In this document: piece after piece, positions 9,965-17,850 of the stretch
Numbering within the stretch: the stretch's first letter is position 1
How the letters are laid out: every line of letters begins with the position of its first letter
Source of the DNA: Candidatus Omnitrophota bacterium
Lineage (GTDB): Bacteria > Omnitrophota > Gorgyraeia > Zapsychrales > JANLHA01
Assembly: GCA_029560465.1 (NCBI GenBank)
Contig: JAKQKX010000016.1
Coordinates: 141,093 to 205,092, forward strand
Length of the DNA: 64,000 bases
Direction of reading: 5' to 3'
Translations under genes and position numbers: made by a program
The notes under the pieces: generated by a model
What the model was told of the DNA's origin: nothing
The model's database searches: none
The model's input: only the letters and a program-made list of their open reading frames with translations

Positions 9965-10357
9965 ATGACGCAACCATGCAATGATGATTGTGATTTTGAA
10001 ATCGCTTTTTACGAAGGCGTCCTCGAGAAAAGCCGGGATTTCGTGCAGGCCCTGATGGCCCTCGGCGACCTTTACACCAAAAAAGGCCATTATCAGAAAG
10101 GGCTCGACATCGACCAGCGGCTGGCTGAACTCCGCCCCCGTGACCCGCTGGTGCTTTACAACCTCGCGTGCAGTTATGCCCTGCTCGAGCGCGTGGACGA
10201 GGCCTTCCACGCCATGAAACGGGCGGTGGCCTGCGGGTATCATGATTTTGACTACATGCTGCAGGATCAGGACCTGGCCCGCCTCTGGGCGGATGAGCGT
10301 TTCCGGATTTTTATATCCAAGGTCCGGGGGCAACCGTTATCGCAGGATAAATCCTGA
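9965..10357 (+). CDS. Small TPR-repeat protein
   Basis: 130 aa with TPR-like helical repeats (ALGDLYTKKGHYQKGL...YNLACSYALL). Confidence 0.45.
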   Translation: MTQPCNDDCDFEIAFYEGVLEKSRDFVQALMALGDLYTKKGHYQKGLDIDQRLAELRPRDPLVLYNLACSYALLERVDEAFHAMKRAVACGYHDFDYMLQDQDLARLWADERFRIFISKVRGQPLSQDKS

Positions 10358-10358
10358 C

Positions 10359-11471
10359 ATGACGCGCACGGACGAACAATCCCGTCAATACCACCGGGTC
10401 AAAAACACGCTTTCTTATGTGACCGTGGCGATGGATGTCGCGCTTTTGACCCTCTGGATCGCCACCGGGGCTTCGGCAGGGCTCGCGGCAGCCGCGCGCG
10501 TGTTCTCCAAATCTGTCTGGCTGTCCACGGCCGTTTATCTGGCGATTTTTCAGGCGGTCATGACTGCGGTTCATTTTCCGTTCGATTTTTTTACCGGCTA
10601 CCAGTGGGAACACCGCTATGGCCTTTCCACCCAGACGTTCCCGCAGTGGCTTAAAGACGAGGCCAAGAAGGCTTTTTTCAGCTTTTTGCTGGTCCTTGTG
10701 TTTGTGGAGATGATTTATTTTTTCCTGCGGCGGTTCCCTTTCTGGTGGTGGGCCTGGGCCGCGGGGTTCTGGCTGCTGGTCACCGTCTTCCTCTCCCGCA
10801 TCATGCCGCAGGTGATCGTCCCGTTGTTTTATAAATATGTCCCGGTTGAGGACGCCGCGCTCAAGGAGCGCGTGCAGGCCCTGTTTAAGGCCTGCGCCGT
10901 CGGGTTTAGGGACGTATACGCGATCAAGATGTCGGAAAAAACCCGGAAGGCCAACGCGTTTATCTGCGGCTTGGGCCGCAGCCGCCGCGTGATCTTAAGC
11001 GACACCCTGCTGGCGAATTTTTCTTTGCCGCAGATCGAGGCGGTGGTGGCCCACGAGCTGGGGCACCATAAAGAAAAGCACATCCTAAAGATCATTGCCG
11101 TGAACACGGCCGGCGCTTTCCTGGCGTTTCTGTGCGTGCACGCCGCCCTGTCGTGGGGCGTGGCCCGTTTCGGGTTCCAGGGCCTGGATGATATCGGCGG
11201 GTTCCCGCTTTTGTTGCTGATGCTTCTGGTGTTCGGCCTGGCCGGCGCGCCGTTCAGTAATGCTTTAAGCCGTCATTTTGAATATGAGGCCGACCGGTTC
11301 AGCCTGGCGCTGACCCGGGATAAAGGCGCTTTTATTTCCATGCTTAAACAATTAGGCGACCTGAACCTGGCGGAAACCGACCCGCACTGGTTTAATGAAA
11401 TGATGTTCCATGACCATCCGCCTTTGTCGAAACGCATCCGGTTCGCGCAAAATTTTCAAGACCATTCATGA
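10359..11471 (+). CDS. M48 family zinc metallopeptidase (Ste24/HtpX-like), integral membrane
   Basis: Multiple N-terminal TM helices, an HELGHH zinc motif and a downstream E. Start placed 1 nt after the upstream stop. Its stop overlaps the next gene start. Confidence 0.8.
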   Translation: MTRTDEQSRQYHRVKNTLSYVTVAMDVALLTLWIATGASAGLAAAARVFSKSVWLSTAVYLAIFQAVMTAVHFPFDFFTGYQWEHRYGLSTQTFPQWLKDEAKKAFFSFLLVLVFVEMIYFFLRRFPFWWWAWAAGFWLLVTVFLSRIMPQVIVPLFYKYVPVEDAALKERVQALFKACAVGFRDVYAIKMSEKTRKANAFICGLGRSRRVILSDTLLANFSLPQIEAVVAHELGHHKEKHILKIIAVNTAGAFLAFLCVHAALSWGVARFGFQGLDDIGGFPLLLLMLLVFGLAGAPFSNALSRHFEYEADRFSLALTRDKGAFISMLKQLGDLNLAETDPHWFNEMMFHDHPPLSKRIRFAQNFQDHS

Positions 11472-14329
11472 CACAAACTGCCCGCATTTTCTCTGTGGTG
11501 ATCCTGGCCCTGACGGCCCTGCTGGGTCCGGCGGGCGTTTGCCCGGCGGCACCGGCCGCCACGTCCGCTGATACCGGGAAAGGCCGCCCGGTTTATAAAA
11601 TCCAGGCCCGCCTGGACGCGGACGCCAAAACCCTGCACGCGGCGCAAACCGTGACATGGGTGAACCCCGGCCCGTCCTCTGTTGACGAGATCGTCTTCCA
11701 TATTTATCCCAACCGGCGCTATTCAAAAAAAGAACAGGATTTCATGTTCCGTTTCGGCGGGTATTTCAAGGTGAACCCCTATCCGGACGGGTTCCCCGGC
11801 CGCGCCATGGACATCCTGGCCGTTGAAGAGGAGGGCCAGGCCCTGGCCTACGAAATATCCGGCGAGGACCGCACCCTTTTAAAGGTGCGCCTGCCCGCGC
11901 CTTTAGCCTCGGGGGAAACGGTTGAGGTGAATTTGCGCTACACGCTGTATCTCCCTCACGCGTACGGCCGTTACGGCTGGCATGACAATATCATCAAACT
12001 GTCCCGGTGGTACCCGGTGTTGGCTGTGTATCAGGAGGGGAAATGGAACACCGCGCCGTTTTTTCCGTTTCACCGGCCGTTTTTCAGCGAGAGCGCCCGG
12101 TACGAAGTTTCCCTGGAGGCGCCGCCGGAATACACGGTTATTCATACCGGCCAAAAGGCGGGGGAGGAAGCCTCTGGCGCGGATAAAAAATTATTTTTTA
12201 AAACCGGGCTGCCGGTGAGGGAATTCACCCTGGCCATGAGCCCGGATTTCCGGCTGGTGGAAGACACGGCCGGCGGGGTCACGATCAAATCGTATTATCT
12301 CCCCGGGCAGGAAGCGGCCGCCCGGATGGCCCTGGCCGACGCCCGGGACCTGGCGCGGTATTATACCGGGCTTTTCGGCCCGCTGCCTGACACGGAATTC
12401 AGCATCGCGCCGGTGCACCTGGGCTACGGCGGCGAGCAGATGGGCAACATGATTTTCTTGGACACGCGGGTGTACAGCCTGCCGCAATTTTTGCACCGGT
12501 ATTTCGATTTCCTGGTTTCGCATGAAACCGGGCACCTCTGGTTTTATAATCTCGTGGGCATGGACGAGTTCTCCCAGATGTGGCTGGAGGAAGGGGTGAA
12601 CTCCTACTTTGTGTCCGAATACCTCGCGTCCAAATACGGCGAGGACGCGCAGGTGCCGGATTACCCGTCGTGGATGATGGGGTTAGAAGGCATCCTGCCG
12701 CGGCTGACGTTTAAAAAGACACGGGATTTCCGCTACCGTATACTGGCCCAATCGGGGATCGACCATCCGGTGGTGGACAACCTCTCCGGGTTTCAGGAGC
12801 CGAGCAGTATTTTTTCTTTGACCTACGGCAAGGGCTCGCGCGTCGTGGCAATGCTGCGGTATTATCTGGGGGAAGAAAAGTTTGCCGGCGTGTTTAAGCG
12901 CGTTTTTCAGGAATACCGGTTCGTGAATTTAAAGATGGAGGATTTTATCAGGATCTGCGAGGAGGAGAGCGGGCAAAATTTACGCTGGTTCTTCGGCCAG
13001 TGGCTTTATAAAGGCGGCCGGATGGACGCGGCTGTGGTTAAGGCCGGCGGACGGACGGTCATTTTAAGAAATCTGGGGGAGGTCCAATCCCCGGTGCCGG
13101 TTGAGGTGACTCTGGCGGACGGGAGCCGGGAGACTTTTATGTGGGACATGGCGCAGGCGGAGGAAACCATCACCCTGGACGGCGCGGCCGCGGTGAAAAC
13201 AGTAGCCATTGACCCGGACGGGATTTTTCTGGACGTCGACCGGGTCAACAACCGTTGGCCCCGGAAATTCAATTTCAAGCCGGTGCCGTTTTACTGGGGG
13301 CTCTATGACATCCCGCTGTTTTTGCCCGACGACGGATACAATATCGTTGCGGGGCCGGACATGGCTGATTCGGGATTCGGGGTGAAGGCGTCCCTGCAGA
13401 AACCCTATGACTGGATCACCTACGCCGGCACGTCGTATGAGTTCGGCGAGCAGTTGCACCATTCCCGGTTCGGCGCCCAGCGCAAACACGTGTTTTCTTC
13501 GATGGCCTCCGCGGGGTTTGAGGTTGCCAACGTCCATGACCTTGACGGCGGGGACGAAGACCTGGCCAGCGGCAAGGTTTACCTCCGGCAGGAGCTCTGG
13601 CCGGCGGCGTACGGTCTGCTGGAAGACAACGACCACTGGACTTTATACCTGGTGCGCAACCAGCGGTTGAGTGGCCGGCACGACATGGTTGTTCCTATGG
13701 AAGAAGACCGGCAGCGGGATTATTCCCGGCGGGAGGAGGCGATCGTGGGCGCGGCGCTTCATATCAACCGGACCGGGCCTTATCCTGATCCCCGGCAGGG
13801 CTGGAAGCTGGACACGTCTTTGGAAAGCGCCGGGCATTTTCTGGGGGCGGGGCAGTATTTTTACCGTTCGGACGCGGCGTTCACCGTGATTCAGCCGATT
13901 ACGCCGCAGACCCGGGTGGCAGGGCGGATCAAAATTGGATTAGGGTATCCGGATAATAAAGAATTATTTTACCTGGGCGGCATGGACGGCTTGCGGGGGT
14001 ATAAACGGAAAGACGTCCGGGGCGCCAATATTCTGGTGGCGAACCTGGAATACCGGTTCCCACTTGTTGCGGACGCGCGTTTTTCCGTGGCCGACAACCT
14101 TCTGGGGGTCGAGTCGCTGGGCGGGGTGGTGTTTTTCGACGGCGGCAAGGCCTGGATGGATGATTTTTCGGAGCCCGGGTTTAAGAAAGACGCGGGCGCG
14201 GGCCTGCGGTTTAAAATCAATATCGGCTCGTTCCTGGAGCAGGCCCTGGTGCGTCTGGACGTGGCCCACGCCCTGGGCGAAGCGAAACAGGACACCCGGC
14301 TCTGGCTGGGGGTCAGCCACGCCTTCTAA
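11468..14329 (+). CDS. Fusion protein: M1-family (gluzincin) peptidase domain + C-terminal Omp85/BamA-type outer-membrane beta-barrel (surface antigen D15 domain)
   Basis: Signal peptide. HETGHLWFYNLVG-x18-WLEEGVNSYF is an HExxH+E M1 signature. The C-terminal 350 aa carry alternating beta-strand patterns (LGGMDGLRGY motif) and a terminal aromatic (...GVSHAF) typical of OM barrels. Confidence 0.7.
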   Translation: MTQTARIFSVVILALTALLGPAGVCPAAPAATSADTGKGRPVYKIQARLDADAKTLHAAQTVTWVNPGPSSVDEIVFHIYPNRRYSKKEQDFMFRFGGYFKVNPYPDGFPGRAMDILAVEEEGQALAYEISGEDRTLLKVRLPAPLASGETVEVNLRYTLYLPHAYGRYGWHDNIIKLSRWYPVLAVYQEGKWNTAPFFPFHRPFFSESARYEVSLEAPPEYTVIHTGQKAGEEASGADKKLFFKTGLPVREFTLAMSPDFRLVEDTAGGVTIKSYYLPGQEAAARMALADARDLARYYTGLFGPLPDTEFSIAPVHLGYGGEQMGNMIFLDTRVYSLPQFLHRYFDFLVSHETGHLWFYNLVGMDEFSQMWLEEGVNSYFVSEYLASKYGEDAQVPDYPSWMMGLEGILPRLTFKKTRDFRYRILAQSGIDHPVVDNLSGFQEPSSIFSLTYGKGSRVVAMLRYYLGEEKFAGVFKRVFQEYRFVNLKMEDFIRICEEESGQNLRWFFGQWLYKGGRMDAAVVKAGGRTVILRNLGEVQSPVPVEVTLADGSRETFMWDMAQAEETITLDGAAAVKTVAIDPDGIFLDVDRVNNRWPRKFNFKPVPFYWGLYDIPLFLPDDGYNIVAGPDMADSGFGVKASLQKPYDWITYAGTSYEFGEQLHHSRFGAQRKHVFSSMASAGFEVANVHDLDGGDEDLASGKVYLRQELWPAAYGLLEDNDHWTLYLVRNQRLSGRHDMVVPMEEDRQRDYSRREEAIVGAALHINRTGPYPDPRQGWKLDTSLESAGHFLGAGQYFYRSDAAFTVIQPITPQTRVAGRIKIGLGYPDNKELFYLGGMDGLRGYKRKDVRGANILVANLEYRFPLVADARFSVADNLLGVESLGGVVFFDGGKAWMDDFSEPGFKKDAGAGLRFKINIGSFLEQALVRLDVAHALGEAKQDTRLWLGVSHAF

Positions 14330-14334
14330 CCAAT

Positions 14335-14358
14335 CCGGGAGACAATTCCCGGCGCGTT
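14335..14358 (+). terminator. Weak hairpin (6-bp stem, CCGGGA/TCCCGG) followed by a short T run, after the M1-Omp85 gene
   Basis: ccgggagacaattcccgg then cgcgtttt. The U-tract is only 4 nt. Confidence 0.3.
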
Positions 14359-14637
14359 TTCGGTAATCCCTTCCTCATTTCCTTTATATATTTCATCCAA
14401 GGGGCTGGTGGCCGCGGCGGAGACATCCCTTCTTCACAGTTTTAAGATAAGGCAAGATATAGAGTTGCATCAAAATGTTATTGATGAATCATGGATATTT
14501 CCGTAATAAAAAAAGGACACATAAGGGAAACAGGGCTATAATAATAAAAAATCGGGGTAAAAACTGAATTATTCAAGAGGTAAGAAACAACGCCAACCCG
14601 CAAAGGATGGGGCGTTAAATAATTGTTAGGTCATAAA

Positions 14638-15417
14638 ATGGGATTTAATGAAAGAATAAAAAAAGAAGTTAGAAAACTGAGTCATTTTTCATGTTGCCTA
14701 TGTAAAAATATTGGAGCTGAAATTCATCATATTATTCCGCAAGAAGACGGTGGAGCAGATGATTTGGATAATGCGGCTCCTTTATGTCCTACTTGTCACG
14801 AATTGTATGGGGGCAATCCTAGAAAAAGAAAGATTGTAAGAGAAGCGCGGGACCAATGGTATAAAATATGCGAAAAGCGATTCGCTCCAAGTACAGATCG
14901 TTTAAGTGAGCTTGCTCAAAAGATTGATGACTTAGAAAAAAATCTGAAAAAAACTTCTCATGATATTATTAAAAAGTTAACGAAAGAAGAATTTGCTCCG
15001 TCAGGCAAATCTAAAATTAATAAACTGCCACTTAGCAAAGTTATAGAACGAATATTGTGTTTCAATCATATTTTAAAAACACCTAATTCAGAATCTATTA
15101 ACATAACTCATGAACTTTTATTTTGTACAGAAGGAGATCCTAATTCTAAGAATGATCAAGAATATAATCAAGTAAGACGCGAATTTATAGAAAAATTTGG
15201 GTCGCTTGTTGTTTATAATTTCTGCGCTTATCTCGTGTATCATGCAAAAATAGATTGGGTTAAGGGAGTTCCTGAGCCTGAATTGCAAAAATTATTATCA
15301 GCTAGTTTTGTATTTATGGTAATGCTATTGCACCATGAAGATCTCGATAATGATTTGAAACTCGAAATAGGTTTTACCAAAAAAAATGAGTTAATAGGAA
15401 GGATGAAAAAGACCTAA
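14638..15417 (+). CDS. HNH endonuclease-domain protein with an uncharacterised ~190-aa C-terminal region
   Basis: N-terminal CxxC...HHIIPQEDGGADDLDNAAPLCPTCH is a canonical HNH/ββα-Me motif. The C-terminal part has no recognisable motif. Gene GC is about 33% against roughly 60% for flanking DNA. Confidence 0.75.
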   Translation: MGFNERIKKEVRKLSHFSCCLCKNIGAEIHHIIPQEDGGADDLDNAAPLCPTCHELYGGNPRKRKIVREARDQWYKICEKRFAPSTDRLSELAQKIDDLEKNLKKTSHDIIKKLTKEEFAPSGKSKINKLPLSKVIERILCFNHILKTPNSESINITHELLFCTEGDPNSKNDQEYNQVRREFIEKFGSLVVYNFCAYLVYHAKIDWVKGVPEPELQKLLSASFVFMVMLLHHEDLDNDLKLEIGFTKKNELIGRMKKT

Positions 15418-15490
15418 CAAATCGCTTGAGCGGATGGCTGAAAAGCGCCCCCGCTTAGCTTTAGCGTTAGGTTAAATAAAAAGGATTATT

Positions 15491-16204
15491 ATGAAAGGTA
15501 TGGTTTATGAGTTTGCGTCAAAAGTTGATAAGTTAATATCAAGTTTAAGCAAAGAGGATATTTGTCTTCGCAATAAAAATACTAATGCAAAACGTTTAAT
15601 CGAAGAATTATTTCCTATAAGTCGTTTTGCATTAAAATTAGCGCATCCCGGATATGACGTACTTGTTGAGGCACATGAAAATAGTGGCCCCGTAGATGGA
15701 ACTATAATATTGGGCAAAGATAACGATCGGAAATATTTTGTCGAAGTTACCTATATATACTCTTATAAAGAATCAATGCGCAATGAATTGTTATTGAAAA
15801 CTGGAAGTGTCCCAGTTTCCGGGGATATTAATAGGGACAAAGCCTCTGGGGACGTTATTGCAGAGAGCACAATACAAACTATTGATGCTTTATTGAACCA
15901 ATTAGCTGCGAATATAATTGAGAGATATTCGGATAAATGCAAAAAGAATTACCCCAAAGGCACATTTTTAATAATTGCCTTTGATGATCCAACAATATTT
16001 GGGTTTGGTTTCTGGTCACAGTTGTTAGAAGAGATTGATAGACAAGGTGGCCTCCCTGACGGAGACTTCACGGAGGTTAATCTTTTGAATTGTGCAACCA
16101 ATGAGATGCAAAAAATCACATATACTGAGCAAGAACTAATTGTGATGAATTTGAGAAATGAATATAAAGCTAATAAAGTATTGCCAAAAAACAGCAATAC
16201 ATAA
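15491..16204 (+). CDS. Hypothetical protein (237 aa), partner of the HNH protein, no recognisable domain
   Basis: Long ORF with RBS (AAAGGA), the same low GC as the HNH gene, and a 73-nt gap. No P-loop, HTH or nuclease motif identified. Confidence 0.6.
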   Translation: MKGMVYEFASKVDKLISSLSKEDICLRNKNTNAKRLIEELFPISRFALKLAHPGYDVLVEAHENSGPVDGTIILGKDNDRKYFVEVTYIYSYKESMRNELLLKTGSVPVSGDINRDKASGDVIAESTIQTIDALLNQLAANIIERYSDKCKKNYPKGTFLIIAFDDPTIFGFGFWSQLLEEIDRQGGLPDGDFTEVNLLNCATNEMQKITYTEQELIVMNLRNEYKANKVLPKNSNT

Positions 16205-16275
16205 GTTGACGTAGCCATGCAATAAAATACTTATTTGCGGGCACATTTTTTTCATAGTAAAGTAATGAAATTATG

Positions 16276-16317
16276 GGGACACAATACTTATTTATTTTGA
16301 ATTAAGTATTGTGTCCC
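16276..16317. repeat. Perfect 15-bp-stem inverted repeat (GGGACACAATACTTA / TAAGTATTGTGTCCC) with a 12-nt loop
   Basis: Seen directly in sequence 72 nt downstream of the partner gene. It is either a transcript-end hairpin with no U-tract or a recombination site. Confidence 0.7.
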
Positions 16318-16342
16318 TGGAATTACACACTGGAATTACACA
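16318..16342. repeat. Tandem direct repeat, 2 copies of tggaattacaca(c)
   Basis: Immediately abuts the hairpin. 13-nt unit in 2 copies. Confidence 0.6.
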
Positions 16343-16559
16343 AAAGAAGAGCGGGTGATAATAGAAAACTGCCAAATGGGAGATCATAAATGAAAAAGAA
16401 GAAAATAGATGGCAGTGCAATACGTCTTCTTTCTTTGAAAGAAGACAAATTTAAGCAGACAATTGTTTATAGATCTTTTTTGATTCTCAGGCAGACGCTT
16501 GCGCCCGCCTTCCCAGCCGGTGATGCGCAGGCGTTAGCTGACGGATAAAAAAGGAAACA

Positions 16560-16587
16560 TTGACTAGGCGTACGTTTTGTGGTACGC
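16560..16587 (+). promoter_or_regulatory. Putative yefM-yoeB promoter with operator palindrome (TTGACT -35; GCGTAC-N8-GTACGC inverted repeat with GTAC core)
   Basis: TTGACT sits 17 nt upstream of a weak -10. The palindrome overlaps the spacer/-10 region, as in autoregulated YefM-YoeB operators, whose repeats have a TGTACA core. Confidence 0.45.
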
Positions 16588-16607
16588 TTTTGTTGGAGGT
16601 GACCTAT

Positions 16608-16850
16608 ATGACAACTTTAACAGTGAGTCAAGCAAGAGCAATTCTTTATAAACTTTTAGATAAAACCGCAGAATCTCATGAGCCTATTCAAATAACAGGA
16701 AAGAGAAATAATGCTGTGCTTGTTTCGGAGGAGGATTGGCGGTCAATTAAAGAAACCTTATATCTTCTTTCTATCCCAAAAATGCGCGATTCTATCCGTA
16801 AAGGATTAAAAACTTCTCTTGAGGATTGTTCGGAGGAGTTAAGCTGGTGA
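16608..16850 (+). CDS. yefM: Type II antitoxin, Phd/YefM family
   Basis: MTTLTVSQARAILYKLLDKTAESHEPIQITGKRNNAVLVSEEDWRSIKETLYL is a typical YefM N-terminal fold. GGAGGT RBS. Confidence 0.8.
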   Translation: MTTLTVSQARAILYKLLDKTAESHEPIQITGKRNNAVLVSEEDWRSIKETLYLLSIPKMRDSIRKGLKTSLEDCSEELSW

Positions 16851-17110
16851 GTTGGAAATTATATTATACAAAACAAGCACAAAAGGATGCCAAGAATATT
16901 ACAGCCGCAGGGTTACGTCTTAATGTGGAAGCGCTTTTAGAAATTTTAAAAAAGGACCCTTTTCAAAAATACCCACCTTATGAGAAACTCGTAGGCGATT
17001 TAGAAGGGGCCTACTCCAGAAGGATTAATATACAACATCGTCTTGTATATCAGGTCTTAAAGAAAGATAAGGCTGTTAAGGTTTTGAGAATGTGGACTTA
17101 TTATGAGTAA
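16847..17110 (+). CDS. yoeB: Type II toxin YoeB/Txe (RelE/ParE superfamily mRNA interferase)
   Basis: GTG start overlapping the yefM stop (GTGA). RRINIQHRLVYQV...VKVLRMWTYYE matches the YoeB catalytic C-terminus. Confidence 0.8.
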   Translation: MSWKLYYTKQAQKDAKNITAAGLRLNVEALLEILKKDPFQKYPPYEKLVGDLEGAYSRRINIQHRLVYQVLKKDKAVKVLRMWTYYE

Positions 17111-17137
17111 GATAATAAACAGATAAAAAAGCAATAC

Positions 17138-17173
17138 AGCGGTTCCCGCCAAAGCGGAACCGCTGATTTTTTT
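17138..17173 (+). terminator. Rho-independent terminator after yoeB
   Basis: AGCGGTTCC...GGAACCGCT stem (9-11 bp) followed by GATTTTTTT. Confidence 0.75.
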
Positions 17174-17186
17174 GTTAGATTAAAAC

Positions 17187-17741
17187 ATGATGAATATACA
17201 AAAATATGTTTTTGTGCTTCTGGCGGGGTGTTCCCTGGTTCTTGTGAACCCTTTTTTTGTTTATGCTGACCGATGCGATGATATGATGGACAGGGCGAGG
17301 AAGGCCTTTGACTCGGGCGCCCGCGCTACAGAGCAGGGGAAGAATTCCGAGGCCATCAGGTTTTTTCAGGAAGCGGAAAAATATTATGAAAATGCCTCGC
17401 AAATGAAAAACTGCCAATGCCCCAAGATTGCGAGTGTTTCTAAGTATAATATTCAAATGTGCAGGAATAATATAGAAAGCAATAAGCGTGCTTTGGCGGG
17501 ACAGAAGCAACATGCTGATGATTTGGCAACCTATAACGAGGCGATGGGGAACTATAGGCAGGCAGATTCCTGCGCGAACAAGCAGCAGTGGGACAATGCT
17601 GTTTATTTTTTTGAAAAGGCGGCGGCGATTTGGGAGGGCATGTCTTCCCCGTCGACTGAAAACGGCAGAAGAGCTGTAGAGTCGGCCAGAATGGCGCGTA
17701 ACAAGGCGGCCCTGGCCCGTAAACAGATGGGACGGCAATAA
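17187..17741 (+). CDS. Putative lipoprotein (lipobox LLAGC), cysteine-containing, function unknown
   Basis: Signal peptide with L-A-G-C lipobox. 184 aa. Confidence 0.55.
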   Translation: MMNIQKYVFVLLAGCSLVLVNPFFVYADRCDDMMDRARKAFDSGARATEQGKNSEAIRFFQEAEKYYENASQMKNCQCPKIASVSKYNIQMCRNNIESNKRALAGQKQHADDLATYNEAMGNYRQADSCANKQQWDNAVYFFEKAAAIWEGMSSPSTENGRRAVESARMARNKAALARKQMGRQ

Positions 17742-17850
17742 TAATACCCTTCAGCGGCCGCTGTTCGCCCCTTGCGGCAGCCTCGCGACACCGCTGAGTT
17801 CCTTGCGTTAGAAGGCCGCTCCGCACGGGAGAAACAGGAGAGATAGTCTG

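Noticed and set aside
16318-16342. Possible CRISPR array
   Set aside because: Only two copies of a 13-nt unit with no spacers, and no other direct-repeat arrays anywhere in the window.
16390-16545. 51-aa ORF MKKKKIDGSAIRLLSLKEDKFKQ... with GGGAGA RBS inside the islet
   Set aside because: Decent RBS, but its 3' half runs through a GC-rich remnant of host-like sequence and contains a strong internal hairpin (GTCTTCTTTC/GAAAGAAGAC). It is more likely a non-coding leader of yefM. Kept only as a low-probability micro-ORF.
14340-17180. Prophage/integrative element interpretation of the low-GC islet
   Set aside because: No integrase, recombinase, capsid/terminase gene or tRNA attachment site. Only a weak 8-mer repeat. 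Better described as a small defense/TA islet.
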